Positions 40,792 to 50,704 of a stretch of 64,000 nucleotides of DNA are shown here, piece after piece. The notes beneath the pieces are model-generated. The model did no database searches. It was given only the letters and a program-made list of their open reading frames with translations, and was not told the origin of the DNA. A program made the translations under genes and the position numbers. Each line of letters opens with the position of its first letter. The first letter of the stretch is position 1. Origin of the DNA: Candidatus Aenigmatarchaeota archaeon (GTDB taxonomy: Archaea > Aenigmatarchaeota > Aenigmatarchaeia > CG10238-14); contig JAWBZR010000001.1 in the NCBI GenBank assembly GCA_044343545.1, positions 33,092 to 97,091 on the forward strand, given 5' to 3'.

Positions 40792-42069
40792 TCATTTCCA
40801 TTTTACTCTCAAAAAATGACTTGCACAACTCATACAAGGATCGTAAGCTCTTATCAACTTTTCAATCTCATGTTCTATTTCATGTTTATCTTTGTCCAAT
40901 ATTTGCTCCACCAAAATTCTTATATCATTTTCCATTTTTATTTGATTTTGAGCTGTTGGTATGATGAAATTTCCATACTTTATTTTTCCATTCTGATCAA
41001 GATCTATCATGTGATAAAGCGTTCCTCTAGGCGCTTCTATTACTCCTATACCTTTTCCTGCTTTGATTTTTATTTCAGGCTTTGCTTCTTCCTTAAACTC
41101 GTACGTTTCCAATATTTCTATGGAATGATCTATGGAATGCAATATTTCTATTGCCTGAGCTAGATTGTTATGAAAAACATTAAATGAAGGGAACACGTCT
41201 ATATATTTTTTCGCGTCTCTTTTTGTATCCTTATGTAACGCATCTTTATTCAATGCCATTCTAGCCAAAGCACCAACCATGTATTCTCTTCCTTCAAATT
41301 TGAAAGCAGTAGCTTGAGAATAGGGTATTATAACGCGATTTAAATAGTCCCAATAATCTTCTTCCTCTATTTCTGCTCCGTCCATGCTTTTTATTTTTCC
41401 TTCTAAAAAACTAAAATCTTCTGTACATAAAGCAACAAAATTTGTTTTTCTCTCAAAAACAAAATTGGAAGAATAAAAAACATTAAGCAAATCAAAAACT
41501 TTTTCTCTTACATCTTTTAATTCTTTTATGACATTAGCGATGTCTTCTTTTTTTGGAATATTAGAAAAATAACCGATTTGTTCATAAGTTGCGTGAACCG
41601 CCCTTCCAGCAACTAATTTTGAAAGATTGTTGCCAGCGGATTTTACTGAAAATGCTTGTTCTATCCAATGATTCAAGGATTTATCAAAATCCAAAATAGA
41701 ATCCTTGCCAAATATGTCCGGTAGAACGAAAAAATAAAGATGTAAAGCGTGATCTCTTATCATCATGCCATACATAGCTAATTTTCTTAACATTATAGTT
41801 TGTTCGGACGGTGTAATACCAAGAGCTTTTTCTAAAGCCTCTATACTACATGTCATATGAGCAATGCTGCATGTGCCGCAAATTCTAGAAACAAGCTGAG
41901 GTATGGCATTAAAATTTTTGTTTCTTATAGCTTGTGTATAAAATCTCTTATTTTCACTTATTTTTAATTTTACATCTTCAACCTTACCGTTTCTCACTCT
42001 TATTTCTAAATCAGCATGGCCTTCTGTCTTGCTTACATGTTCTATGTTTATATCAAAATCTTTATGCAT
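40792..42069 (-). CDS. [NiFe]-hydrogenase large subunit (group 3b-like)
   Basis: TEGH, L1 RICGTCSIAH, EAPRG, PTAQN, L2 DPCMSCASH plus 7-aa cleavable tail. Confidence 0.93.
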   Translation of the reverse strand: MHKDFDINIEHVSKTEGHADLEIRVRNGKVEDVKLKISENKRFYTQAIRNKNFNAIPQLVSRICGTCSIAHMTCSIEALEKALGITPSEQTIMLRKLAMYGMMIRDHALHLYFFVLPDIFGKDSILDFDKSLNHWIEQAFSVKSAGNNLSKLVAGRAVHATYEQIGYFSNIPKKEDIANVIKELKDVREKVFDLLNVFYSSNFVFERKTNFVALCTEDFSFLEGKIKSMDGAEIEEEDYWDYLNRVIIPYSQATAFKFEGREYMVGALARMALNKDALHKDTKRDAKKYIDVFPSFNVFHNNLAQAIEILHSIDHSIEILETYEFKEEAKPEIKIKAGKGIGVIEAPRGTLYHMIDLDQNGKIKYGNFIIPTAQNQIKMENDIRILVEQILDKDKHEIEHEIEKLIRAYDPCMSCASHFLRVKWK

Positions 42070-42544
42070 CAGAAACACCAAACTCCTTGAAATACTGATT
42101 CAATTTTTGTAAAAACAATTCTTCATTCATGGGGCATCCCGGAATAAAATCATCGACGACGACAATTTCAGATAAAGGAGAAACCTTGTCTCTATGTCCA
42201 AACCTATCTAGTATGAATTGTATTTCTTCTTTGGTCTCGTTATCGAAAAAATTTCTTTGATTCGACGGACTTCCAGTGCATGCACAACTACCTACTGCAA
42301 CAAGTTTTTTGCAATTCTTTCTTATTTCTTTTAAAAATTCTTCTTCCATGTAATTTGCTATAGCACCTTCGACAAACGCGACATCCAAATCTCTTATATC
42401 GTTGTTTTTCTTTAGAGTTCTAAAATATTTAAATTCAATTTTATCGAGCCATTCACTGTAATATTCATTCATTAATTCCAAAAATAAAATAGTCGAATCT
42501 TCGCAACAAGTAAAGGAAAACCAACCAACCTTCAATTTTTTCAT
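42062..42544 (-). CDS. [NiFe]-hydrogenase small subunit, proximal-cluster domain only
   Basis: TCCEDS, VEGA, GSCACTG and PGCP motifs; ends soon after PGCP. Confidence 0.88.
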   Translation of the reverse strand: MKKLKVGWFSFTCCEDSTILFLELMNEYYSEWLDKIEFKYFRTLKKNNDIRDLDVAFVEGAIANYMEEEFLKEIRKNCKKLVAVGSCACTGSPSNQRNFFDNETKEEIQFILDRFGHRDKVSPLSEIVVVDDFIPGCPMNEELFLQKLNQYFKEFGVSDA

Positions 42545-42580
42545 ATTGTTAAAATATTAAACATTACTCGTTAAAATAAT

Positions 42581-43513
42581 TTACAGCCAATTTTTTCTCT
42601 TGAAAAATATATAGAGGACAATAAAGCTTAATATAGAAAATAATACTATATACAAAAAAGCTAATGGATCTTGTTGAAATGGTAAGGAAACGTTCATGCC
42701 GTAAAAAGATGCTATTAAAACCGAAAAAGATAATATTATGCTCATTGAAGTTAAAAATTTCATAACAATGTTTAGATTGTTTGAAACTATAGATGCATAT
42801 GCATCGAGAGTGTTGCTCAGCACGTCTCTTAATATTTTTATAGTTTCGTATATTTCTTTATTAGACAACATTATATCCTCTATTATATCTTTGTCTTCTT
42901 CGTACATTTTGAATATTTTTCCTGAATTTATTTTTTCAAAAACTATTTCATTTCCCACTATAGCACTGCTGAAATATATTAGAGTTTTTTGAATTTTTAA
43001 TAAAACATTTATTTCATCGTTTGTCAAGGATTTTGCCACTTGATCTTCTATTGTTTCATATTTATTTCTAACCAAATGAAGATATTTGCTAAAATCAAGA
43101 TTTATCTTTTCAAAAGTTTTTAAAACAAACCTTACTCTTTGTGTTGTTGCAATGTTTTTTTCCTTTTTTATATCTTCGATGAGTGTATTAGAAAAAGATG
43201 AAATGGTCATAATAAAATTTTTTGTAATTATTATTCCAAAAGGCGATGTTGTTATATCACCATCGTCATCAATAAAAGGTATTCTCGTGATGATAAGAAC
43301 GTTGTCGCCCTTTTTTTCTACCCTCGGTTTCTCGTTAACGTCAATACAACCTTGAATCCATTCATTATCAATTTCAAACTCGCTTTTTATTTTTTCAATT
43401 TCTTCTTCTGTGATATTTTCCACATTAATCCAACAACCTTCTCTAAACTTTTCTATCTTTTTTAGCTCGGTATCCTTTACAGTTTTCATGTAAAACTCCA
43501 TCATAAAACTCAC
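42581..43513 (-). CDS. corA: CorA-family Mg2+/Ni2+/Co2+ transporter
   Basis: WINV, D..EKPR, NNLN.VMK.LT, YGMN, two C-terminal TMs. Confidence 0.92.
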   Translation of the reverse strand: MSFMMEFYMKTVKDTELKKIEKFREGCWINVENITEEEIEKIKSEFEIDNEWIQGCIDVNEKPRVEKKGDNVLIITRIPFIDDDGDITTSPFGIIITKNFIMTISSFSNTLIEDIKKEKNIATTQRVRFVLKTFEKINLDFSKYLHLVRNKYETIEDQVAKSLTNDEINVLLKIQKTLIYFSSAIVGNEIVFEKINSGKIFKMYEEDKDIIEDIMLSNKEIYETIKILRDVLSNTLDAYASIVSNNLNIVMKFLTSMSIILSFSVLIASFYGMNVSLPFQQDPLAFLYIVLFSILSFIVLYIFFKRKNWL

Positions 43514-43534
43514 ATAATAGTTTTAAACTTTGGA

Positions 43535-43915
43535 TTAATATATCTTGCTCTTAAACTGCCTATACAATTCTTCAACAGATTTTTTGTTTATTTTTTTATA
43601 TCTATTTCCATGAGATACTAAACCTCCTCCAAAATTTTTTGGTATATGCATTATTTCATGTATAAGTGTCTTATCCTTTTCCTCCTCACTAAGTTTATCA
43701 TACCTTTCTGAAATGACTTCAATAACATAATAAGATCGACAATCTAAAGCATTTTGAAAAATTTTTGGCAAACCCCAAATTCTTGCTATAGCTTTTGATT
43801 TTGAACCGAAACTTCTTATGCATATTACTCTATCCAAATCTATGTGTCTTTGACCCAAACAATTAACTATTAGTTTCAACCTTTCTTCCACATCTCTTGC
43901 TTTCTCATACTTCAT
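43535..43915 (-). CDS. Putative metallopeptidase (archaeal, HExxH)
   Basis: RS.GS...ARIWG, YVIEVISE, LIHEIMHIP. Confidence 0.8.
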   Translation of the reverse strand: MKYEKARDVEERLKLIVNCLGQRHIDLDRVICIRSFGSKSKAIARIWGLPKIFQNALDCRSYYVIEVISERYDKLSEEEKDKTLIHEIMHIPKNFGGGLVSHGNRYKKINKKSVEELYRQFKSKIY

Positions 43916-43995
43916 AAAATTGAATTTGGTAAATTCGAAATAAAAATATAGTCGAGTTAATCGTTTTAATTTTAATTAACAAATAAATTATTTCA

Positions 43996-44268
43996 ATGAA
44001 AAGAATTCATGCTTTCATTGAAGGTAAAGTTCAAGGGGTCAATTTTAGATGGAACACAAAAATTAAAGCTGAAAAATTGGGAATAAGAGGTTGGGTGAGA
44101 AATCTGGCGGATGGAAGAGTAGAAGTAGTCGCCGAAGGAAGTGAAGAAAATATAAAAGAATTCATAAAATTTTTAAAGAAAGGTCCACCGAAAGCTAAAG
44201 TCGAAAAAATTGAAATAAACGAAGAAAATCCAAAAAATGAGTTTGAAAGTTTTTCAATTGTTTTTTGA
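43996..44268 (+). CDS. acyP: Acylphosphatase
   Basis: GKVQGVNFR, GWVRN..DGRVE, GPP.A. Confidence 0.95.
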   Translation: MKRIHAFIEGKVQGVNFRWNTKIKAEKLGIRGWVRNLADGRVEVVAEGSEENIKEFIKFLKKGPPKAKVEKIEINEENPKNEFESFSIVF

Positions 44269-44272
44269 AGCT

Positions 44273-45160
44273 TTATATTGTTGTAATGATTGGCTTTTCT
44301 TTTATTATTATAGTTTCTTCTGCTTGAGCAACCAACCCCTTACTTTTTTCTCTTAAAGGAGGATATTCGTGAAGTATTCCACGTTCTACCATTTCTCTTA
44401 ACGCCATTTGAAGTTTTATCGGTGAAGATAAATCTGACAACCACCTTTTTGCAAATGGCAAGGTTTTATATTCTTGCTGGATTCTACTCAATATCTTTTT
44501 TGATTCTTCAAGCCTCAAACCTCCACTCTTTAAAAACATATATATATTTGTCGGTGAAGATTCCACAACAAAACCTTCACCATTAGTTGTGAATATTTCC
44601 ATAGCAATAACATCTCCTTCTTTAAACTGATATTTGTTTTTCACATGCATGTTAGGTATGGATAAACCGCCATGCTGCACATATTGAGATAAAGAATGGC
44701 CTGCCAAATTTTTCACGGTTTTTATCCCATAGCTTTTAACAGTCTCTTCGACTATTTTTGACATTTCTTCTATAGTTTTTCCTGGAGCTATGTTATCTAT
44801 AAACTCTTTCAAAGCATCCTCCGCGGCTTTAATTAACAAATTATCTTTTTCTCCGATCTTTACAGAAAAGGCTGTATCAGCTATATACCCATCAACATGA
44901 ACACCCAAATCCACCTTTACCAAATCACCTTCCTTGAAAACAGAATCATCATTTATGTCTGGAGTGCAGTGTGCTGCAAAATCATTTATAGAAATATTTA
45001 GGGGAAAGGCCAAGGCTGCTTCTTTTTTGATGAAACTTTCAATTTTTTCAGCAAAATCTATCAGTTTCATTCCTGCTTTTAGTTCTTGCCTTGCCAATTC
45101 TTTCGCTCTTTTAGCAATTTCTCCTGCTTTTATGTACTTCTCTTCTACAACCTTGTCCAT
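44273..45160 (-). CDS. map: Methionine aminopeptidase type II
   Basis: AFP, AAH.TP, DLGVHVDGYIAD, GH, AMEIF, type-II helical insert, AQAE. Confidence 0.93.
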   Translation of the reverse strand: MDKVVEEKYIKAGEIAKRAKELARQELKAGMKLIDFAEKIESFIKKEAALAFPLNISINDFAAHCTPDINDDSVFKEGDLVKVDLGVHVDGYIADTAFSVKIGEKDNLLIKAAEDALKEFIDNIAPGKTIEEMSKIVEETVKSYGIKTVKNLAGHSLSQYVQHGGLSIPNMHVKNKYQFKEGDVIAMEIFTTNGEGFVVESSPTNIYMFLKSGGLRLEESKKILSRIQQEYKTLPFAKRWLSDLSSPIKLQMALREMVERGILHEYPPLREKSKGLVAQAEETIIIKEKPIITTI

Positions 45161-45194
45161 GAAAACACTACATTGATTTAGAAAGTTAAAATAT

Positions 45195-45505
45195 TTATTT
45201 TATTTCTTTTGAAACTTTTTCTTCCTTCATTATTTTTTTGAAACCAAAAAAACTATAAAAGCAATTATCACAAAATTCAAAACAGCTGATAAAAAAGATC
45301 CGTATCTTATCACTATAGGACCTAAGTTGAATGTCGCCTCTTTTCATTGACCTTGTGGTATGAAGAATGTTATTATTGGCATTAAGACATCATTCACCAA
45401 AGATTGAACTAGTGACGTTAATGCAGATCCTATAATGAAAGCTACTGCCAATGCTAAGACTTTATATTCCTTAAGAAAGTCGACGAACTCTTTTAAAAAA
45501 CTCAT
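45195..45505 (-). pseudogene. mscL: MscL-family mechanosensitive channel, disrupted
   Basis: EF..FL.EY.V.ALAVAFIIG.A...LV.SLVND..MP; in-frame TGA at 45344-45346; frame resumes KEATFNLGPIVIRYGSFL..NFVIIA; A7 tract one base short of reading into KIMKEEKVSK. Confidence 0.8.
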
Positions 45506-45533
45506 AATTAGATTATAGAAAATTATTTTAAAA

Positions 45534-47876
45534 CTATTTCTTAAACCAAAAATGCAAGCTATCTTGATTGACCAAAGATAAATCTTCCTTAACATCAAAA
45601 GCTTGTAAAACCCTCAAAGCGGCGGGTAAAACTTGGTTATTGACATAATATTCTGGATCATAACTTCCTCTGTATAACTGAATTGGCTCTGCCCTTTCAG
45701 AAATGCTACCTTTACCTTTAACAATAACATATTCTATTATCATACCTTCTGTTATCTGCATACCAGCCTGCTTGAGCTTTAATGCTGCCTTTACGTGAGG
45801 ACCTATTTGTTTATAATCCGAAAGAGAAGATGTTAGCTGAGTTCTTATAATAAGCTCGTTTATTTTTGCCTTTCCACTTTTCACTCTGTCAATTTCTTCT
45901 TTCACGTATTTTATCGCCTTGTTCAAATCTTTTTCAAACAAAATTAATCTCAAAACTTCATGCTGCACTTTTTTTGCCAAATCACACCAGTCTCTTCTCA
46001 CCGTTTCGAAACCTCTTATCTCTAACTTACCATCTTCCGTCAACAATGCATATCTCTTTTTAGCTCCTTTTTCGTCCAACTTTTTAGTCACAAACAAACC
46101 TGCAGGGTAAAAGTCCCTGTATTCTAACTCTATTATTCCCGGTAACTTTTCATTTATTTCATCGTGCCATTTTATTACCAATTCGAGCGATTTTCTATCT
46201 TTCACTTTAATGAAGCAAGAATCTGTATCAGCATATATTATCTCGAAACCTCTCGATTTGGCATCTTCAATAACCTTAGTTATGTAATATCTTCCAAATG
46301 CTGCGCATGCTTCAGCACATTCTCTGCAAAACCATCTGGAGCCGGCATAACCTAAATATCCGTACATGGCATTGGCGATTATTTTAAGAGAATATTGATA
46401 GTTTTTTAACATTGGATCTTTTGCTTTTTTCAATTCCTCTTTTACTCTTCTTCTCTCGTGAATTATTTCCTCTAAATGTTTTGATATAAAACCTTTTTGT
46501 TGCAAACAAAAGTAATTCTTGCCATTGGGCACTGTGTTTCTTAATCTACACTCAGTGTGACCACAATTTAATGTTTCGGGAGAAATGTTGTGTGTGACGA
46601 TAATAGTAGGGTACAAGCTTTGAAAATCGAAGACTGCTATATTTTCATGCAAGCCTATTTTTGGTTCTATAACTATTGCACCAGTATAAGATGGTTTTGT
46701 CTTTCTATCTTCTATTTCTTCATATTTTGGCATGTTCGGAATCACCATATTGTTTTCAATTGACTTTCTCATAAGAAAATGTTCGACTAGCTGAGAATAG
46801 TAATATCTAGAAGTATCAAAAGGAAGGGTTAGCGTAATTCTGGAAATGGAAAATATTTGAGGTAATAAAAACTCTGCAAGATCAAGAGTTAATTTTGCGT
46901 CTCTCATGGAATATTCGACAAGTATTTCTATATCCTTCTTTTGTTTCCAAGATTCTTTCATTTCCAACCAATCAATTTTTATTTTTCCCTCACCCAACAA
47001 CTCTCTTGCAACTTCATCCAATGTTAAGACCTCAGTTTTTAATTGGGGAGATAGTATATGCTCAACAAAATTGAATAGATCTATGTGAACTCTATCTTTT
47101 ATCGAAGCGGCCGAACTCCTTCCTCTTCTTTTAAATTTTACTATATCCTCTCCTCTTCCTAAAACCATTTTAACTTTCAACTTTTCGCATCTGTTTTTAA
47201 GCTTTACAAAATCAAATGCATCTCCATTATAAGTGCATATTATATCTGGATCTATCTCTTTTATTGACAAAAAAAATTCTTCTATTAATTCTTTCTCTGT
47301 AGAGCAATATTTCAAATATTCAAAGTCTGCATTTTTCAAAGAAAATATTTTATTTTTACCTGTATTGGAAGCTAAGGATATCATTATTATCTTTTCTTCT
47401 CCGTCTTCTTCTACAACTTCGATATCAAAAGAAGCAATTTTAATATTTGGTTCTTTATTTTCTTTTACTGGAATGAGATGGGATTGTTCGATCTCAAACC
47501 AAGATGCTGGCTCTATGTTGTTATCCAACAAATACTTATAGACGTATGGTATTGCATACTCGAACTCTCCATCGACGTCTTCCCATTCCTTAACCATATC
47601 TCTCATTTTTTGAATATTTCTTGGATCATCGGAATAAACTTTTAGCATTTTTTTTCTCACGCCATTCAAAATTTTTTCGACGATTTCAAAATCTCTTATT
47701 TCATTTTCTTCCAACTTTTTTACAGTTTTTTCTTGATTATTTGAAAGTATGTAAAAGTAAGACTTGAACGGTTGTTTTATCAAATTAAAGTTACCATTTT
47801 CGTCTATGCAATGCAATTTTATAATACCCTTGCCATCTTCCACGTCATAATCCGCATGTAACAAAAAATATTTCAT
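45534..47876 (-). CDS. polB: Family B DNA polymerase (archaeal PolB3-like)
   Basis: Exo FDIE, YNGDAFD, YSMRD; Pol DFQSLYP, KIIANAMYGY, YADTDS; C-terminal PIP box QDSLHFWF; no intein. Confidence 0.96.
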   Translation of the reverse strand: MKYFLLHADYDVEDGKGIIKLHCIDENGNFNLIKQPFKSYFYILSNNQEKTVKKLEENEIRDFEIVEKILNGVRKKMLKVYSDDPRNIQKMRDMVKEWEDVDGEFEYAIPYVYKYLLDNNIEPASWFEIEQSHLIPVKENKEPNIKIASFDIEVVEEDGEEKIIMISLASNTGKNKIFSLKNADFEYLKYCSTEKELIEEFFLSIKEIDPDIICTYNGDAFDFVKLKNRCEKLKVKMVLGRGEDIVKFKRRGRSSAASIKDRVHIDLFNFVEHILSPQLKTEVLTLDEVARELLGEGKIKIDWLEMKESWKQKKDIEILVEYSMRDAKLTLDLAEFLLPQIFSISRITLTLPFDTSRYYYSQLVEHFLMRKSIENNMVIPNMPKYEEIEDRKTKPSYTGAIVIEPKIGLHENIAVFDFQSLYPTIIVTHNISPETLNCGHTECRLRNTVPNGKNYFCLQQKGFISKHLEEIIHERRRVKEELKKAKDPMLKNYQYSLKIIANAMYGYLGYAGSRWFCRECAEACAAFGRYYITKVIEDAKSRGFEIIYADTDSCFIKVKDRKSLELVIKWHDEINEKLPGIIELEYRDFYPAGLFVTKKLDEKGAKKRYALLTEDGKLEIRGFETVRRDWCDLAKKVQHEVLRLILFEKDLNKAIKYVKEEIDRVKSGKAKINELIIRTQLTSSLSDYKQIGPHVKAALKLKQAGMQITEGMIIEYVIVKGKGSISERAEPIQLYRGSYDPEYYVNNQVLPAALRVLQAFDVKEDLSLVNQDSLHFWFKK

Positions 47877-47970
47877 AAAATTAATAAATGCTTTTTAAAA
47901 GAAATATTTTGAGCACCTCTTAGATTTTAATGAAACATCATTTAAATTAATTTACGGCTAATATTATATT

Positions 47971-48381
47971 ATGAGTTTGAACATCGTGCAAAAATACAAG
48001 CTCAACACAGAAGATTTCAAAATATATTTTGATAACAACAAGAAAACACATGTAGCGGAAAACATCGAAACTGGAGAAAAGACTAATATAGGTGTTTTGG
48101 GAATTTTCCTTGAAATGGGTATATTAAGACCTTTGGATGATGAAGATAAGTTAGTTGAATTAAAGAGGAAAATAGAAATTTTGGAAAAAAAGATTGAGTT
48201 GTTAATGGAAAAAATAGAAAACATGCAATTCAAACAAGTTGTATGTGAAAAGGAAGTGGAAGAAAAACCAAAGTTTGACATAAAACAAAAAATCATAGAA
48301 AAATCTCTTAGCAAAATAAAATATGATGAAAACATAATTAAAGACGATGAAAACGAAGAAAAAATATGGGAAGAAATATAG
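47971..48381 (+). CDS. Hypothetical coiled-coil protein
   Basis: 136-aa ORF with a heptad segment and acidic tail; divergent from polB. Confidence 0.6.
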   Translation: MSLNIVQKYKLNTEDFKIYFDNNKKTHVAENIETGEKTNIGVLGIFLEMGILRPLDDEDKLVELKRKIEILEKKIELLMEKIENMQFKQVVCEKEVEEKPKFDIKQKIIEKSLSKIKYDENIIKDDENEEKIWEEI

Positions 48382-48382
48382 T

Positions 48383-48541
48383 TTATTTGCGTGCCCACTT
48401 TAATTTTTGAGGATCCCTGCCCATTTTCCAACTCTTTTCGCATTTTCTGCTACAAAAATATTTTATGACATTTGAATTCAAAACTAACATCTTTCCTTTG
48501 CCAGTTATAAGTTTTTTGCCGCAAAAAGAGCATTTTGCCAT
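48383..48541 (-). CDS. rpl24e: 50S ribosomal protein eL24 (52 aa; not in the ORF track)
   Basis: MAKCSFCG...GKG.M.V...FCSRKCEK...R.P.KLKW; follows rps28e as in the conserved operon. Confidence 0.95.
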   Translation of the reverse strand: MAKCSFCGKKLITGKGKMLVLNSNVIKYFCSRKCEKSWKMGRDPQKLKWARK

Positions 48542-48543
48542 TC

Positions 48544-48753
48544 TTATCTACCTTCGAGCTTTGCCGCTGTCTCCATTTCTGTTTCTCTTAGCATTAATAT
48601 GTCTTTAACTCTCACAGGTCCAAAGACATTTCTTGTTAAAACCTTTCCTTTATCTTTGCCTTCCAAAACCCTGCACCTAACTGTCATTACTCCCCTTACT
48701 CCTGTCCTGCCTATCAGCTCCAAGACCTCTGCAGGAACGGCATCTTCCGCCAT
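48544..48753 (-). CDS. rps28e: 30S ribosomal protein eS28
   Basis: AEV..IGRTG.RG...RNV.GPVR..DILML.ETE. Confidence 0.95.
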   Translation of the reverse strand: MAEDAVPAEVLELIGRTGVRGVMTVRCRVLEGKDKGKVLTRNVFGPVRVKDILMLRETEMETAAKLEGR

Positions 48754-49113
48754 TTACTTACCACCCGACTTTATTGCATTAGTGATTTCCATTAACAATT
48801 CTCTTGCCTCGCCAGGCTCTATTATGCAAACAGAAGCGGCCGAGACGTTTATGCCTGCTGCCCTTCCCAATTCTTCTTTAGATGGCACAAAAATATATGG
48901 GCATTTTTTCTCGTTGCATAATACTGGCAAGTGCATAGTAATTTCTTTTGGATTAACGTCTTCGGCTATGATAACTAGTTTTGCTTGCGATTTCTCTATA
49001 GCTTTCGTGACTTCATTAGTGCCTTTCTTGATCTTACCTGTATTTCTTGCGATCTCTATTGCTTGAAGTGTTTTACTAACTAAATCTTTATTTGCCAACA
49101 CTTTCACCTCCAT
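48754..49113 (-). CDS. rpl7ae: 50S ribosomal protein L7Ae (eL8), K-turn binding
   Basis: [30 protein letters not shown]. Confidence 0.96.
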   Translation of the reverse strand: MEVKVLANKDLVSKTLQAIEIARNTGKIKKGTNEVTKAIEKSQAKLVIIAEDVNPKEITMHLPVLCNEKKCPYIFVPSKEELGRAAGINVSAASVCIIEPGEARELLMEITNAIKSGGK

Positions 49114-49197
49114 AAAGGATCATTTCATTCACAACAAATTAAGGGTTTTTTAATATTTATAAATCTTTTTAAACATTAAAATTCAAAGATTGTAAAG

Positions 49198-49226
49198 TCC
49201 CGTATGCACTGCTTCGGCAGGAGGGA
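49198..49226 (+). promoter_or_regulatory. GC-rich leader hairpin over the rpl1 Shine-Dalgarno
   Basis: TCCC-GTATGCA-CTGC-TTCG-GCAG-GA-GGGA; UUCG tetraloop; GGAGG within the 3' arm, ending 6 nt before ATG 49233. Confidence 0.5.
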
Positions 49227-49232
49227 AATAAA

Positions 49233-49844
49233 ATGGATGTATTAGAAAAGATAAAATTGTTAAGAAAAATTTCAAAAAAGAGAAACTTTGTTCAAAAAAT
49301 AGATTTTATCATGACTTTTAAAGAATTTGATGTAAACAAACCTGAAAATAAAATCGACGAATTCTTTCAACTCCCCAAGGGCATAGGAAGGCCTACAAGA
49401 ATAACCATTTTTCATTCAGAAAAGTTGAATACACCTCATAAAGTATTGAATCAGGCTGATATAGAAGCTCTAGAAAAGGATAAAAAGAAGATAAAAAAAC
49501 TCATAAAAGAAACTGATATATTTGTGGCTGAGCCGAAACTTATGCCCATAGTAGGTAAATACTTGGGTAAATACTTGGCCCCAAAAGGGATGATGCCTAA
49601 ACCTATAGTTGGAGACGTAAATTCTTTCTTAAAATCTTTAGAAGGAAGCGTGAGACTTTCTATAAAAAAGCAGCCGTCTATTCAAACCATCGTGGGTAGT
49701 GAAGATATGAAGGACGAAGATATTGCAGAAAACATTCAAGCATTAATAAACCACATTATACACAAACTTCCAAAAGGTAAACACAACATAAAAAACATAT
49801 ATATCAAGTTTACTATGAGCAAGCCTGTTAAAATAGAGGTGTGA
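49233..49844 (+). CDS. rpl1: 50S ribosomal protein uL1
   Basis: KRNF.Q.ID, LPKG.G, LG.YL.PKG.MPKP, G.E.M...I.EN, K.TM. Confidence 0.93.
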   Translation: MDVLEKIKLLRKISKKRNFVQKIDFIMTFKEFDVNKPENKIDEFFQLPKGIGRPTRITIFHSEKLNTPHKVLNQADIEALEKDKKKIKKLIKETDIFVAEPKLMPIVGKYLGKYLAPKGMMPKPIVGDVNSFLKSLEGSVRLSIKKQPSIQTIVGSEDMKDEDIAENIQALINHIIHKLPKGKHNIKNIYIKFTMSKPVKIEV

Positions 49845-50690
49845 ATGCGAATGGTAAAAAAGGAAAAATTGGATGCCTTGAACGAAATCAAAGAAAACAT
49901 AAAAAAGTACAGCGTGATAGGAATTGTAGATCTCTATAAAATGCCTTCTGAGCAATTACAAGCTATAAGAAAAGAATTGAGGGGTCAAGTTGTTATAAAA
50001 ATGTATAAAAAGAAAGTCGTCGAGAAGGCTTTCGAGCAAAGTAATGTGAAAAATCTTTTAAAGTTGTATGAATATAATGCGCTTCAACCTGCCTTGGTTT
50101 TTACGAACATAAATCCATTTAAGCTCTATAAAATTTTTGAAAAGAACAAAACGCCTACTTATGCTAAAGAAGGTGATATAGCACCAAATGATATAGTAAT
50201 CAAGGAAGGGCCTACCAAGCTTCCCGCTGGCCCTGCCATAGGAGAATTGCAAAGAGCAAAAATACCTGCCATGGTAAAAGAAGGTAAAATTCATATTTCT
50301 AAGGAAACTATAGTAGCTAAAAAAGGCTCTGTGATAACTCCTGAAATAGCCAACATCTTAAAAAAGTTGGAAATCCAACCCATGGAGATAGGAATAAATT
50401 TGTTGGCGGCGTGGGAAAATGAAATAGTTTACGATAGCTCTTTATTGGCTGTAAGCGAGGAAGAATACAAGAGCAAATTAAAAGAAGCTCATCAAAATGC
50501 CTTGAATCTATCTATCGGTATAAGCTATCCTACCAGAGAAAACATCGAAATATTGCTGCGTAAAGCATTTATAAATGCAAAATCATTAGGTTTTGAAGCA
50601 AATATATTTGATAAAGGTGTAATAGAAGATTTGATGATAAAAGCAGAAAGAACGGGAAGATTATTAAAATCTAAAATAAATCTCAGTTAA
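49845..50690 (+). CDS. rpl10: 50S ribosomal protein uL10 (P0), without acidic C-terminal tail
   Basis: LQ.IRKELR, NPFKL, AP.DIVI..GPT...GP, L..L.IQP. Confidence 0.93.
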   Translation: MRMVKKEKLDALNEIKENIKKYSVIGIVDLYKMPSEQLQAIRKELRGQVVIKMYKKKVVEKAFEQSNVKNLLKLYEYNALQPALVFTNINPFKLYKIFEKNKTPTYAKEGDIAPNDIVIKEGPTKLPAGPAIGELQRAKIPAMVKEGKIHISKETIVAKKGSVITPEIANILKKLEIQPMEIGINLLAAWENEIVYDSSLLAVSEEEYKSKLKEAHQNALNLSIGISYPTRENIEILLRKAFINAKSLGFEANIFDKGVIEDLMIKAERTGRLLKSKINLS

Positions 50691-50704
50691 GGAGGTGTGC
50701 CATA

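Noticed and set aside
45344..45346. TGA recoding (Trp or Sec) suggested by the in-frame TGA in mscL
   Set aside because: Many conserved genes end at TGA at their expected C-termini (rps15, rps3ae, rps13, rpl1), Trp is encoded by TGG, and mscL has a second lesion
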